A stretch of 64,000 nt of DNA, from NCBI GenBank assembly GCA_951406725.2, contig OX597814.1:47926001-47990000 (forward strand), in the 5' to 3' direction. Source of the stretch: Octopus vulgaris. Taxonomy: Eukaryota. The notes beneath the pieces are model-generated. The model saw nothing but the letters and a program-made list of their open reading frames with translations. It searched no databases and had not been told where the DNA came from. This document shows positions 29,756 to 44,116 of this stretch, in pieces. A program made the position numbers and the translations under genes. The number at the start of each line of letters is the position of its first letter. Position 1 is the first letter of the stretch.

Positions 29756-31958
29756 TGTATTAGATTATGAATAGTTACGTATAAACATGCATAAATTTTC
29801 TAGTGTATACACGTGTCGTTTTCTGTGTACACGTTTCTATGTAGTATTTTATTTATATATATTTTATAGTACAACTATTCTTGCATCTAACCAGTTTAAT
29901 TTCTTTCATAAATATAGAATACAAGACCTATTTTAACTACCCTCTTGTCTGAATTTCAATTCTTTACAACTAAGTACAACCAGAAATCTTTGACAGATGC
30001 ACACGTTCGGCTTATTTCTGCTCGTCGATATTATTAACTGTGCACATGTCTTCAGTATATGTATTTATTAACTACAAGCACTTATTGCAATAGGAAAAAA
30101 AAAAAGAACACTGAAGAATCTGTTCGCACGCTCATATACACACACACTCGCGCGCGCACAAAAAGCTTTCACCACTATCATACACGACTAGTTATATATA
30201 AATACATGTACTATATCACTTTCGCATCGTCACTTTATTTGTGCTTGTATGTCTTTATCTCCCTCTTCCCGCCTCTCTGTATGTATGTGTGTGTGTGTGT
30301 CTATATATATATATACACGCACGCACACGTGTGCCTACGTGTGTAATATTTTGCTCTTAAATATAAAATCCTAGCAACAAACCGTTTTCCAAGCCACCTG
30401 CTAACGACCACTTGCTCTTTCCATATATACACTACATTCATATCTATCATATATGAGTATGCATAGTGTATACACGTACATGTGTGTATGCGCGCTTACA
30501 CACAGAATCAATAAGAACATTTAGTGACCCCTTTTTTTTCTAACCCACGATCATTCACACACACACTGTCAGTAACAATTCATCCGCTATTCTCGCTTTA
30601 CATAATAACGTAATTGGAAGTTCGTTGTATTGGGAGACTAAATAATGTTCGTTTATTACTTGCTGGTGGTAAAGCGAAAAAGAATTCTGCGTTCTAACTA
30701 GTTTATTCGGTTGGGATGAGGGGAAGTTGTGTGATTAGAATCAGATGGGATTTGAATGGATGCTTAGATATATTTTTTATCTTTTAGTCAGGAGGGAAGG
30801 GCAGAACCCATGACCGTTAGATGGCATCGGAGACTGGTGGGAGAAAGGGGAGGAAGGTATTCTCAAACTGAATCCTGGTCTGAATGCTTTAATAAAGTGG
30901 ACTTCGCGAAAGGCACCCTAAATTTTAGTTGGCACCCTAAATTTTAAACGGGGTGACGAGTGAAGTCCATCCATAGCTAGATTTGAACCCAGAACTGAAA
31001 GAACCGGAACAAGTACCGCTACGCATCCGATCCGACGTTCTTACAGGTCTACCAATCCACTACCTTGGATTGCTACTTTTTATAACGAACCCCACCCCCA
31101 ATGAAATTGACTGAGGCGAGATTTGAACTCAAGGCACAGGGAGTCAAAACATTTACCGAGTCATTCTGTTTGTCACTCTTACGACTCCGCCAGTTCGACG
31201 GAAAATGTCTCAAATTCCAATTGTTAGGAAACTGGAAAGTCTAGAAAACATAATTTAGCAGTTTTTGTCATTTAACTCCAAGTCAATAGTGGTCGACAAA
31301 CCTATATTCAAAGGTATTCTAACAATGACCATAACATCTTTTATTTTATTCAATTTTCTACTTGGTTAAGAGGAATGGGCTCAGACCATTGATTTTGTTG
31401 GCTCTTCATGTTATGACTGCATTTATGTGTCCATTCCTTATATGTCGTTGCTGTTTAGTTCTAAGGCAGCCTTGATTGATCAGATCTCTAGTCAAAGGCT
31501 CACTGCACCTTTTACTGTCTTGTCTTTTTTATACAGCTACTTAGGAGTACATCACCTCATATATCCGTCTTTGGTGTGATTTGTGGGAGATTTTTGGCTA
31601 CTATTTCTAGTAAGCCGGGTAACCACATAGAGACTCACTCGTCCCATGATGCGGTGTCACTCTGCTTGCTAGAAATAGTAGTCAATTCATATACTATCAC
31701 CTTTCGAAAAAGAATCTAAGAACACATTGAACAATGTAGTGCGATCTATACTTTGCTTTAAAAGATGGAATGGTCATGACTGGGACACCCTTGATTTTCA
31801 TAGGTCTGCTCAGTCAAGACTAGCTTGGAACTAGAATAACAAGAGTTCGAGGAAACTAGTAATAGTTACTCGAAACATTGAATCCATCTTATGAAAGTTA
31901 TACGCAGTCAATGCATAAAGACTATAAAAGTGTCATATGAGTGATTAATGCTTAACGG

Positions 31959-32319
31959 TGGAGGCGCAATGGCCCAGTGGTTAGGGCAGCGGACTCGCGG
32001 TCATAGGATCGCGGTTTCGATTCCCAGACCGGGCGTTGTGAGTGTTTATTGAGCGAAAATACTTCCACGAGGCTCGGGCAGGGGATGGTGGTGATCCCTG
32101 CTGTACTCTTTCACCACAACTTTCTCTCACTCTTACTTCCTGTTTTTGTTGTACCTGTATTTCAAAGGGCCGGCCTTGAAATATCCCCGAGAACTACGTT
32201 AAGGGTACACGTGTCTGTGGAGTGCTCAGCCACTTACACGTTAATTTCACGAGCAGGCTGTTCCGTTGATTCGGATCAACCGGAACCCTCGTCGTCGTAA
32301 CCGACGGAGTGCTTCCATC
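31959..32319 (+). mobile_element. SINE family B inserted into a family D copy
   Basis: 12-bp TSD AATGCTTAACGG at 31947-31958 and 32320-32331. Two small deletions relative to the 11858 copy. Family D sequence continues 32320-32495. Confidence 0.92.
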
Positions 32320-32984
32320 AATGCTTAACGGCATTTTGTCTGTCTTTATGTTCTGAGTTCAAATTCCGCTGAGATCTACTTTGCCTTTTATCATTTGGGG
32401 GTCGATAAAATAAGTACCATTCAAGTATTTGAGTCAATGTAATCAACTTACCCACTGTCCCCTAACACTCCAGGCCTTGGGCCTATTGTAGAAAACTATT
32501 ATTATTTTTTTGTTTTGTACAGGTTCCAGCTGACTGAGGCTGTGACCGTGCTGGAAAACCATCAGAGATCGCAATGATTTTTTTTCTCCAATTAACTCTT
32601 CAGTTTTGCCAAAAGCAAAAAACAAAATAAAGAAAGAACCCCCCCCCCCCAAAAAAAAAAAACAAGAAAGAAGACAAAAATAACGGATTTAAAAAAAGAC
32701 TTGAAATGGCGTTAGCCGTTACTAGAGTAAGATACATTAAAAGGAGTTGTTGCGTCTCTGCATATTAGTAAACGCGCGCGCGTATATGTAGGTGTGTGTG
32801 TACACATATTCTTTTGCTAGTTTCAGGCGTTGATTTCAGGCCATACTAGAGCACCGCCTTCAAAGGGCTGTAATCGATCATATCATCAATTACCTTAGTC
32901 TGTTTCTTATTTTATCCAGTCACAAAATGGCGCAATCCAACATACCGTACGGAAAAAAAAAACATTCACGCACACAACATACGT

Positions 32985-33358
32985 CGTGGAGCAGTGGTTG
33001 AATGGTTAAGAGATTCGCTTCGCTAGTGGTCGTGGTTTCGATCCCACTGTCCGGTGTCTTGGGGCAAATGTTATTTTCTATAGCTTTGGGTTGATTCATA
33101 CCATTTCAGTGAAACTGGGCTGACGAAAATTGACTTATAATCCAAATTGACTGCACTTGTAATCCACATAGACTGTACTTTTAATCCAAAAAAGTACATC
33201 CTTGTCACACACTGTCTCACGCTAATTCTACCTGCAAATTACTTCAAGAGTACAAATATTTGTGGAATGCCCAACCACCTACACATTAATTTAATAAATA
33301 GGAAATTCAGTTAATTGAATAACTAACTAGTCACCATCGAAACTGACGGAGGTCCACC
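32985..33358 (+). mobile_element. Old chimeric SINE (family A-like head, family B-like tail)
   Basis: GGTTTCGATCCCACTG..cttggggcaaatg head and cttgtcacac..tgtggaatgcccaaccac.tacacattaattt..actgacggag tail; strongly diverged. Confidence 0.6.
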
Positions 33359-34180
33359 TGTGTATATATGTATATTCATCATGAGCTTCCATACGATTAC
33401 CATGCACCCATTCCTGTTCTTAAGGCATTAGTTAAATCAAAGCTATAATAGTAAAAAATATTTGCCTTAGGTGCTGTGCAGCACAATTGAACCTGAAACC
33501 AAATAGATGTGAAGGGAATTTAATTATACATTATGTGCACACTTGTTATATATAGATAATTTGGTTGAATATTTAAAAGTAACACACACATTTAAATATA
33601 TATCTCCTAGATACTCCCACCCTTATATAATGTTGGGTAGCCATATATCTTCTGTATAGCAAGACATCTGCTTGTCTCTGACATAAAAATCACCTCTCCT
33701 TCCCCTCTCTTCCTATCTTTCTCAAATACCCACCACCACCACCACCACTTAATTGAGCCGGGTCTTTCCTTTTTTAACCCATTTCTCCTTTTTCTTGTTG
33801 TTTACTGTCTTGCAAATTACTTGGCAACTCCACTAGTGCCAGTGACATGGAAAAAAGCACTCAGTACACACTACAAAGTAGTTGGCATTAGGAAGGGCAT
33901 CCAATTGTGGAAACCATGCTAATGCTATCTTGGAGCCCTGTGGCTCACCAGAACCTGTCAAACCATCTAGCCCATGTCAGCTTGGAAAACAGGTGTATAA
34001 GTTGATGGTATATTTTCTCATGCCTTTTATTTCAGATAAAAATATTTTGAATTTGGTTTTGTTAACATGTTCTGTATGTTAGAAACCTTTTCTATTCAAT
34101 TAGAAAGAAACAATCTATGATAATGTCAAAATGCAAAATATTTTAGCCTGAAATGGGCTATTTTTATAAATATACACATA

Positions 34181-34837
34181 TGAGGGGGTACCCCTAAGAA
34201 ACTGGAATTTTGCAATATTATTTCATCTACTTTGTTTTACATGTTTACACTTTTATCACCTTCAAAGTATTCTCCATTTTGATCTTCCATGAGCAAGTGA
34301 GACACAAATTTTGCTGCAACTCTTTTCATTCATGCTTCCTTGGTCAAAATTGTTGGTAAGAGCTCCAGGGTACACCAGTCATATCAACAATTTTGTCAGT
34401 TGTTTGGTGACAGTCCTCCAAGATCAGTTCATGAATTTTCATTCGTTTGGGAGGTTGATGGTTGCCCTGAACAAAGTTGGTCTTCAAGTAATAAGTGACC
34501 ATTACTAAAGCATGAAAACCTCTCACAAATTTGGGTTTTGTTCATGGCAGTGGCCTTGTAAGCTGTTTGAAGCAAGCATGACAACTGTTTTGGGTGCTGT
34601 TTTCCTCAGCAGAAAACAGAATTTCACAGACGCACATTGTTCCTTCGTTTCAGCCATTGTTAAAATTGACAAACAGGGGAGAAGCACTGCAAAACAAAGA
34701 TGTACCACATGGCAGTACATCTACACACACTGCCACTGGTTGGTAGACTGATGCCTGAGGGTCACATCAAGTTGCTTGTAGCAGCAGAAGCCTGAACTAC
34801 AACAGAATATTTCCGGTTACTTTTGGGTACCCCCTCA
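34181..34837 (-). mobile_element. Mariner DNA transposon, deleted derivative
   Basis: TIR TGAGGGGGTACCC / GGGTACCCCCTCA with TA on both sides. Transposase N-terminus MAETKEQCASVKFCFLLRKTAPKTVVML. Confidence 0.9.
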
Positions 34838-34859
34838 TATATATATATATATATATATG

Positions 34860-35193
34860 AGACCCCCTTCAGTCATGACTGACCATGGGATTGCACCTAG
34901 AAAATGACCCTCCCAGGCACAAGTCCGGGCAAGGTTGTTTATGGAAGACCAGCAGTCGCCCATGCATACCAGCCTCCCCTCTCTACACCACCAGTGTTAT
35001 CCAAGGGAAAGGCAAAGGCCGATACAGCTTGGCAACTGTGATGTTGCAACTCATTTCTACAGCTCTGAACAGGAGCAATGTGAAATAAAGTGTCTTGCTC
35101 AAGAACTCAACACACAGCCTGGTCCGGAATTCGAACTCACAACCTCACGATCGTAAGCTCAACACTCTAACAACTGAGCCATGCGCCTTCACA
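34860..35193 (-). mobile_element. SINE family C (tail variant 3)
   Basis: Same head and core as 17664, different tail; inverted homologue of 50030-50325. Confidence 0.88.
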
Positions 35194-36186
35194 CATACAC
35201 ACACACACATGCACATATATACATACATATATATATATATGATATTTGTCAGCTGTCAAGGTGATAGTTATGGGAATGTTTCAGTATTATTAGACCTCAT
35301 CAGCAAAGCCTATCATCTCAAGCTGAACATAGACAGAATGTTTTTCATATTGAAGTGCTATAAAAATTTTTGGCCAATACAATTTGCATAATTACAAAAA
35401 GCAGACTAAGGAAACTAAATCAAATAGCTTGAGGTTGTGATATCTACTTCTTAGTAGAGGGAAAATAAAAGTTTACTGGCAATTGATAGTAACTTTCTAA
35501 GAAAAAAGGGAGATAAATTCAAGAAATTATTTTATTTCTCAGAGAATTAAATTTCTATACTTAGAGGGAAATTTGATGCCTGTTTCCTTTCAATTAAGAT
35601 GCAAATTTCAACTCATTTAGAATAGTTTTGGATATATCCATCTAGTACAATCATACCCTACTTGATTTATCTTAATTCATGCAATTTGATCACTTGGGTG
35701 ATTTTCCTCATTTTTGCATTTATACTTTCCAGTCTCCAGTGCTTGTACAAAACTGAAAATATTCTATATCAGCCTGCATGACTTTCTGAATAGCATACTT
35801 AACAAAAAGTTACCTTGAAATTTTCTAGCTGTGTAACTTGCTTGTTGATTTCATGTGGCCCACTTCTTGAATAATGTTGCCCATTCCTGTGCTAGATGAT
35901 AACATTTTATATTCTGTATAAGACCATCTCATCATCAAATGTTAAAGTATCTCAATTGAAAAATCATTCATTTACAATGATTATAGGATGTCAAAACAGA
36001 CAGACACACACACATGCACACACACACACTGGGCTTCTTTCAGTTTTTGTCTACCAAATCCACTCATAAGGCTTTGGCTAGTCTGGGGCTATAGTAGAAA
36101 ACAGTTTCCCTAGAAGCTACATAATGGGACTAAACCTGGAAACCAAGTGGTTGAGAAGCAAACTTCTTAACCACACAGCTGTGTTT

Positions 36187-36590
36187 GGAGAAGGTAGCAA
36201 GTTGGCAGGATCGTTAGCATGCCGGGCGAAATGCTTAGCGGTATTTCATCTGCCACTATGTTCTGAGTTCAAATTCCACCGAGGTCGACTTTGCCTTTCA
36301 TCCTTTCGAGGTCAATAAATTAAGTACCAGCTACGCACTGGTTTTGATGTAATCGACTTAATCCCTCTGTCTGTCCTTGTTTGTCCCCTCTATGTTTAGC
36401 CCCTTGTGGGCAATAAAGAAATAGGTATTTCATCTGCCACTATGTTCTGAGTTCAAATTCCGCTGAGGTCAACTTTGCCTTTCATCCTTTTGGGGTGGAT
36501 AAATTAAGTACCAGTTGAGTACTGGGGTCAATGTAATCAACTTGCCCCTTCCCCTAAAATTTCAGGCCTTGTGCCTATAGTAGAAAGGTG
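36187..36590 (+). mobile_element. SINE family D, two tandem partial units
   Basis: gagttcaaattcc..cgaggtcgactttgcctttcatccttt..ggtc.ataaattaagtacc occurs twice (~36265, ~36449). Abuts an inverted family A 5' half at ~36030-36182. Confidence 0.85.
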
Positions 36591-39500
36591 TATCTATACC
36601 TGGATAAAAAAAAAAAAAAAGTGACAGGCTTTTTATGAATGGATTGGCTTTCATCATTGGCTTAGTTTTGTGGGGCCAACTTGAATAAACAGCAAAAGTA
36701 ATATGCAACAATAAAATGGTAAGAACCAAACAAGTGTTCTTGTCTTGGATACATAAACTGCATTCCTATATTTTTCTCATGGAGCAGCTTTATCTCAGTT
36801 GATTACATAATATGAAAGCCAGCTTCAGTATGGAAGCATTGCTGTATGGTCAGCTATTATTTAATAAAATATCTGTTACTGTACTGTGTCTTTGATATAA
36901 GAATATCATCAGGAACAAACAACATCATGTGATACAATATGCATATTACCAAATAGGAAACTAAGACAGTTGAAAAGAACCTTTAGTGATTTGTATGCTG
37001 CAAACCTCTAGAAGCTTACACAAGAGACATATCTGATGACATTAAAGCCAGTACTTTGCAAACAAGACCTATTCTGTTTCTAACTACTTCATTTTAGTGC
37101 TATAGTGGTAAGTTAATACATTTACCTAACGCTGGATTCTGCTCTTGTTAGAGATGCATTCATGCAACACACATGTATACTGATCCCACTACAGTAGATG
37201 TGCTTTGTACAATACACAAAATATGGTATTGTGTGCAGACATTTCCAATCTGTTTTTCTCTAATCTTCATTTTCTTCTTGCTCTTTTACTTCCCCCCCCT
37301 CTTTATTTCACTTGCATTTCTCTCATTTGCTCTATCATGTTTTTGTACTGTCATTTGTAAATTGCTTACTTCAATGCCTATTTGCTATATCGTTAACAAG
37401 GACACACTTACACAGCATTCATATGTCATCTTTGACATGAGAAACTAGAGAGGTGGGGAGAGAAAACAGCAGACTAATGTTTGGTATAGTTTTAATGATA
37501 AATTTGCTAATAAAACATGGCAAATATTACCAAGTATATTGAATGCTACCTGCTATGTACATACATACATCATCATCCTACCACCGCCACCATCACCACC
37601 ACCGTTTTAGTGTCCACTTTTTTTATGCTTGTATGTATCAGACAAAATTTGTTGAGGCAGAATTTCTGACTGGATGCTCTTCTTGTTGCTGCCCCTCACC
37701 TATTTCCAAACAAGACAATATTTTCCCATGATTTGAGCATGTTTTTACAGAAGTCTGGAACTGAACAACATTGCTTTACAAGTATCACATAATATCTTGT
37801 CAAAGTGACACAACTGCATGCACACATCTGCTCATATAAGCACTATATACATATATATACTTCAGGTTTCTTAACTTTAACCATTCTGAAGATATCTAAT
37901 TGGGTAACCACAAAGCTCAGCTAAGCATTTTTTGCTCAGCATAGACACTGTAATAGCTCCCTGCTTTTTAATCAATGATTGCCCCTTTTGTTACTATATT
38001 TTTTTCATTTAATTTTGAAAATAATGGTAGATTTATCAAAATATCTTTACCCTTATTAAGCTGGTGTTTGGAATATAAATTAACATGAACTTTTGACGGA
38101 AGGTTTTTAATTTAGATCCCTTTAAAATAAGAAATTATTTATCATAGAAACAGGCGCAGTTCTGGAGAGATTGCAATCAAAAGGGTTAATTAGTTCAATA
38201 TCCAATTGACTAACGAACGAACTTTCCAGTTATTTGTTTAAAAGAACTACATAGACTTAATCTGTTTAACACCTGGTTTAATATTACCACCTGGCACCTT
38301 ATATGCTTTAATAGTCTACTCTGTTGAAAGCATTCAAACAAGTGTTAGGTTTGAAAATATCTTTGTTCCTCTCTCCCTCAAGTCTTGAAGGTTTTGTATA
38401 GGGTCATGACTACATCCCTTCCAGAGTAAAAGAAAAATTCAGGAAATTCTGTATCCTAATTACACACACATACAAGCATGCACAATTTGGTCAGGGGGTG
38501 GAATTTTTAAAAGTTCATGTAGCAACAATGTATAAAAGTAGAATTAATGAGAATCAGGTGATCACTGAATGTATGTTCATATCAAAATGTGTTTATGCAA
38601 TAGAGGCAACTATTCATTGACTTTACATTTCATTCATATTCCTATTGTCTTACAGAGCTGTAGTCACAGACATTCCATTTTGACCCAACACAAACTTCAT
38701 CTGTTGAATATAAATGATGAATGACATTCAGCTATCTTGCAAGTGCATTGGCATTCAACAGCTTCAGAGCTGAAATTATGCTCTGCACAATTGAAATCTA
38801 CTATTGTCTTTTGAACAGTATCTGTTAGAAATGACAGCCAAATCTCTTTCAGACCACATACTGCCATCTTTAAAAAAAAAAAAAAAAAAAGAAATAGAAA
38901 GGTCACATTAGTTCGTGTAGTACTAGATAACCCTAAAAATACAGGATGTTTATAGCTCTAATCCTTTTGATCGTAATCTTGCTCACTGAGGGTCAGCCTG
39001 GTGGAGCTAAGAAATAACTACCATCCATTATCATTAAGTCAGAGCTTGAATAATTGATAAATGTCATCTACACGAAGAACATTAAGTTTGTGTTAATAAA
39101 TTTGATGCAAAGAACATTAAAAGGTGAACTAGAAATAAATATTTGATGAGAAAAGAATGATATATATCAGTGATTACTATTATTTTCTTTCATTCTTTCT
39201 TTTATTTTGTCTGAAGAGAATAAGTCACTGAAAAAAAAAGCCTACTTTTTTTTTCTTCACCACACATTTATTTCAAGGTAGTTTTTTTTTAATGTCCCTC
39301 ACATTAAGTACATTATTGGTGACTTACCCTTAAGTGTTTTGTGGATGGTGGTATCTGCATTGATGACTTACAACTATATCTGCAGTTACCCATCATATCA
39401 GTGATGCAAACTTATACTTTGATTCAGGTGTTGGTAGGATTGGTTTTTTTTGTATAATCTTTAGAATATACAAAATGAAGGGTCAATCTTCTAGACTGGC

Positions 39501-39944
39501 CACGGGAAGATATTCGAAAGAAAAAGACTCCATTATAGGCGCAAATGCTTGCAACAGAGCAGACTGTGGTACAGACAAAGTGTCAGTTAGTAGTGTTAAA
39601 CCAGATACTGGTTTAAGTCTACCATCCAAATAGAGCATGGCAGAATTTGAACTCAGAACACAATGAACCAGAAAAAATGCTGCAAGGCATCTGGTCTACC
39701 ATTCTAGCATTTCCACGAATTCACTGTACTTTTCTTATTGGTCTTGAAAGGATGAAAGATAAACTTGATCTTGGTAGGATTTGAACCCAAAGCAGTGAGA
39801 ATTACAACAACTGCTGCAAGGCATTCCATTCAGTGCTCTAACAACTTTGCCAATTCATTGCCTTAAAGACGTTTCTTAGAGTAGCTGACCTGCTTTGCCT
39901 GACCAACAAAAACAGGAGGCTCTTAGTATCATTTAGCTAATCTT

Positions 39945-40517
39945 TTACCTTTTGCTAGTTTCAGTCATTCATTGGACTGTGGCCATGCTGGAGCACCATC
40001 TTGAAGGGTTTAGTAAAACAAATCAACCTCAGTACTTATTTTTTTATGGGTGGTACTTATTCTGTTGGCTTCTTTTGTCAAACTGCTAAGTTATAGGGAT
40101 GTAAACAAAACCAAAACCAGTTGTCAAACACAAATATACACACACACATATGCACGCACACACGAGGACAAACATACATTTGTGACTGCAGCCAAGGTGG
40201 GCCACCACCTTTTATAGTTGAATGTATCGATCCCAGTACATTTTTTAAAACCCTGGGACTTATGCTATTGGTCACTTTCGCTGAATTGCTAAATATATGT
40301 GTATACATATACACACACACAGCCACACCCACCCAATCATACACCTTCCACACTACTGCTCACTCACTATTGGCCACTCCGTCTATACACACACACACAC
40401 ATACACACATACAAACATACCCACCCATTCACAGACCTTTGACTATAGCTGCTGACTTATGACTGACCTATCAGAGTAGCAGATACTTGCATACAGATCC
40501 TACCACACACACACACA

Positions 40518-40553
<36 letters not shown>

Positions 40554-41142
40554 CAGTTTCTACCACACATACACACACAGTTACTACCACATGCACACTC
40601 CCACACACACATGCTATCATACATACATGCACTTCTACACACACATACACACATACTGACCATCTTTACACTCTTCTGTTCCAGAAACCACTTTCTCCTT
40701 CTTCTTCCACTTCTGGTCACTTCAGAAATATTACAGCACGTGGATTGTTAGCGATATTTCCTTATTTCCCTTCTTGCTTTTTAGACTTTCCTGTTTCCGA
40801 TGAAGAGCCATGCTTGAAATGTTAACAACAACTCTCTCTCCCTTCATCAAGCGTCAAATTAATGTTTCTTCTACATGTCCTCAGATTCATTTTGTTCTTT
40901 TTTTCTGTTTTTTTAAAAATTTATTTATTTATTTGGATTAATTTACATACATACATCTATACATACAAACAAACAAACAAACAAACAAACAACGGGCTTC
41001 CTTCAGCTTCTATCTACTAAATCCACTCACAAGGCTTTGGTCAGCCTGGGGCTATAGAAGAAGAGACTTGCTCAAGGTGCCACACAGTTGGACTGAACTC
41101 AAAACTACATGGCTGGAACACTAGCTTTTTAACCACACAGCA
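39945..41142 (-). mobile_element. Family A SINE split by an inserted Penelope-type fragment
   Basis: SINE tail at ~39945-40140 and head at ~40990-41142. The intervening CA-rich block ends in a + strand homologue of 18017-18217 (CCGATGA-A-GAGC-CAT-GCTT-GAAA-TGTT at ~40797-40823). Confidence 0.65.
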
Positions 41143-41981
41143 CCTAATTTAATATCTATTTCTTATCTAATACCAATTTCTTTCAATGAAAGGAGGGAAG
41201 TTAATGCTTATGAATTAACAACAGTAGTATTAGCAGAAACAAAGTTAACACATTTTTATTCAGCTAACTGCTTTTCTTTACCATATCTGCCAAAACCATC
41301 ACTTTTAGTTCTTGTATGTACACACACACAAACTCACACACATGTGTAATTTTATATGTGCATCTACTTTTTGTATGTATGTTTAAGTGTCTATGTATAT
41401 AGATGTATAATCTAGTGAAGTGCTAACATGTTTACTGTGACCAGTACAGATCATTTACATATATGTGTTTATACACATACATACACATTTATGCAACAAC
41501 CACAATGGGATTACTTGTCTACTTGGCTTTTTAAAGAAACTGAGAGCTTATGAATGTATTTGATGTATATATTTCAAAGGCTATTTAGAATTGGAACTGC
41601 AATTGGATAGTTAGGAACAGGCCTAGGGATTTCAAAAATGCTTTCTTGTGCATGTGTATTTGTTGTTTGCACTACATCTGTGAGTTTGTCTTTCAATATT
41701 TTCCTTACCAATGCCCTTTTTTCTCTGCCATCAGTTTTAGATAAATAGAAACACTGAAAATCATGGAAGTGATGTATAAATTATGTGTGTGTGTGTGTGT
41801 GTGCATGTTTAGATATGTATAAATGTATGTGTGCATGTCTGTATATGTGTTTATATATGTATTTATGCATTGTGTGTGTACATATATATGACCATATACG
41901 AATATACATTTGAATATATGCTGCTATATTCTTTTATTCTTTTATATCTTTCAACTTTGAGGTTGCAGCCATATATACATA

Positions 41982-44116
41982 CAGTGGTGGGCACAGCTAA
42001 CCAAAAAGTTAACTTCACTAATATGCTAACTAAAAAAGTTAGCTTCACAAACACTAAACTGCTAAACAGGTAAAAAAAAAAATTAGTAGAAGCTAACGCT
42101 AAATGATGACCACTAACTTTTGTCATATGAATTTAGTTTTGGCTTGGTTTTTTGGGCTCTAAAACCCCTAAAAACAGACATAGAGATCTGAAATTTTCAT
42201 ATTGTAGCTTAGATGTAGAGCCTTCCAAAAAGGTATAGCATGCCAAGATCAGATGATAATTAAGGTATACACAAATAATTAAATGAACAAATGATATTAA
42301 ACATTAGTTTTTCAGTCAACAAACATTTTATTTAACAAATGAAAAAGGTATAGTATAGCATAGGTGTCATGCCAAGGTCAAATGATGATCAAAGTGTACT
42401 ACTCTGGCTGAGCCTTCTCTATCACCTTGACATGATACTGGTTGTCCTTCATAAACATCAGCCTTTCAAAGTTACCATCTGACAGGGTGGCTCTCTTTGC
42501 CCTCAAAATATCTTTGCCTATAGAGAATAAGTGCTTAACTGTAGCACTGGATGAGATGGGGGTGTTATACTTGGTTAACAGGTCAGCCAAGACCCGCTCA
42601 CCCAAAAAGGTGACTTCAGTCAGGACCTTCTTTGAGACAGTCTCCAGCCAGGTCTTCACCAAGTTTTATGCCTTGGATTTCAGTGACCTGTGACTCCTAC
42701 TCTCCTGGAACCAAGTGATGTTGCTGAAGAAATCATCTTCCTCATTCTCATGGCACTCCAGGTCTTCTAGGAGGAGCCCAAACGTTTTCATGATGCCTAG
42801 GACTGCAGTACAGGAGATATCTGAACTTGGCCTCCCTCAACTTCATGACAGTAGCCACTACAGTTGACAAAAGGCACCTGAGATAAGCCTGGCTCTCCCC
42901 TTGGATTTTATCCCAGGTCTTGGCCACATTAGACATCACCTGGGTGTACACCGTCAGGAAGCCAACATCAGAATCAGTGAAGGTCTATAGCTTCAGCTGT
43001 GTCCTCATCCTGTGGACAGCAAGTTGTTGAGGATAACACCAGTTATTGGTAGAGTTCTATATGGAACTGTTGGGGACCACCAGCTTCCTTTTCAACATGT
43101 CCAGAATGCTGTCTGCCACCACCATGCTGCAGCTTTTCCACAGCTGCTGTGCCTTGGACCTGGCCTTTCTGTAGGCTGACTTGAACGAAACGCTGTCAAA
43201 AGCTTTGTCAGCGTCCACACTGGCTACCAAGTTGAAGGTATCGGCTGTGCACTTCATTAGCACTGGCAGGTTTAAGCCCACGCTGCTGAACTCGTCAAGG
43301 ATGGCATCAACAGAAATGTACTTAACTTTGTCCACATCCCCAACCTTGGGATCCACATCCATCCAGGTCAACATCCTTGACGCCCTCCACATCTGGATCG
43401 GCAGCAGCCTCAGGAATGTCTGGCAAGAGATCAACTTCTCTACCAAATTGCATAAATGCCTTAAATAAGTTTTTGCCATTGTCTGTTGGGGTCCTGGTCA
43501 CCTTTTCTCACTGATAAGTGACGCATTGTGGATGATGACACATGGCACATGACACACCAGAAGTACAGGATTTTGGCATTCCTCTTATCTTTTGACATAA
43601 GGACAAAATAGTCCTTCAGGTGGGGCCACAGGCCCTGAGACTCCTGACTCTCCACCTGAGCGACCTCTACCTCACCCACAGCTGTTGCAGACTCCTCAAC
43701 AGACTCTTCATCTTCAGACTGAATAAAAATGTCTTCACCTTCCATAACGATAAGCAATAACATGATAAGCCGAAAACGTACACTGCTGTCACTGACACTA
43801 TAAGACCGTCTGTATTGTGACAACATCATAAGTGAACACAACTCAAAACTGAAGAATGACACAATGCTGCTCAGCTAGCTGCTGCTGCATTGACCAATCA
43901 CGTCTTGTGATGTGTACATATAGTCAGCCGATAGTGTACCTGACGGGCTCTTTGAGATGCGTCCACAACAGACAGGAACAAACATATGAATTTTGTTAGT
44001 GGACTTAAAATTAGCAGAAGCTAATTGGTCCGTTAACGGAAATGCTAATCTGCTAAACGAAAAGCCAGCTTCACTAATTAGCTGTTGGTGTATTATCGGA
44101 ACTGTGCCCATCACTG
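41982..44116 (-). mobile_element. hAT (Ac-like) DNA transposon with disrupted transposase
   Basis: TIR CAGTGGTGGGCACAG / CTGTGCCCATCACTG; subterminal GCTAA repeats. BED-finger start WPHLKDYF..FWCVMC, CTADTFNLVA (CxxHxLNL), and YNTPISSSATVKHLFSIGKDILRAKRATLSDGNFERLMFMK (dimerisation). No clean 8-bp TSD. Confidence 0.92.

Noticed and set aside
30912-30948. Tandem GGCACCCTAAATTTTA duplication
   Set aside because: Two units only; simple local duplication or MITE scrap.
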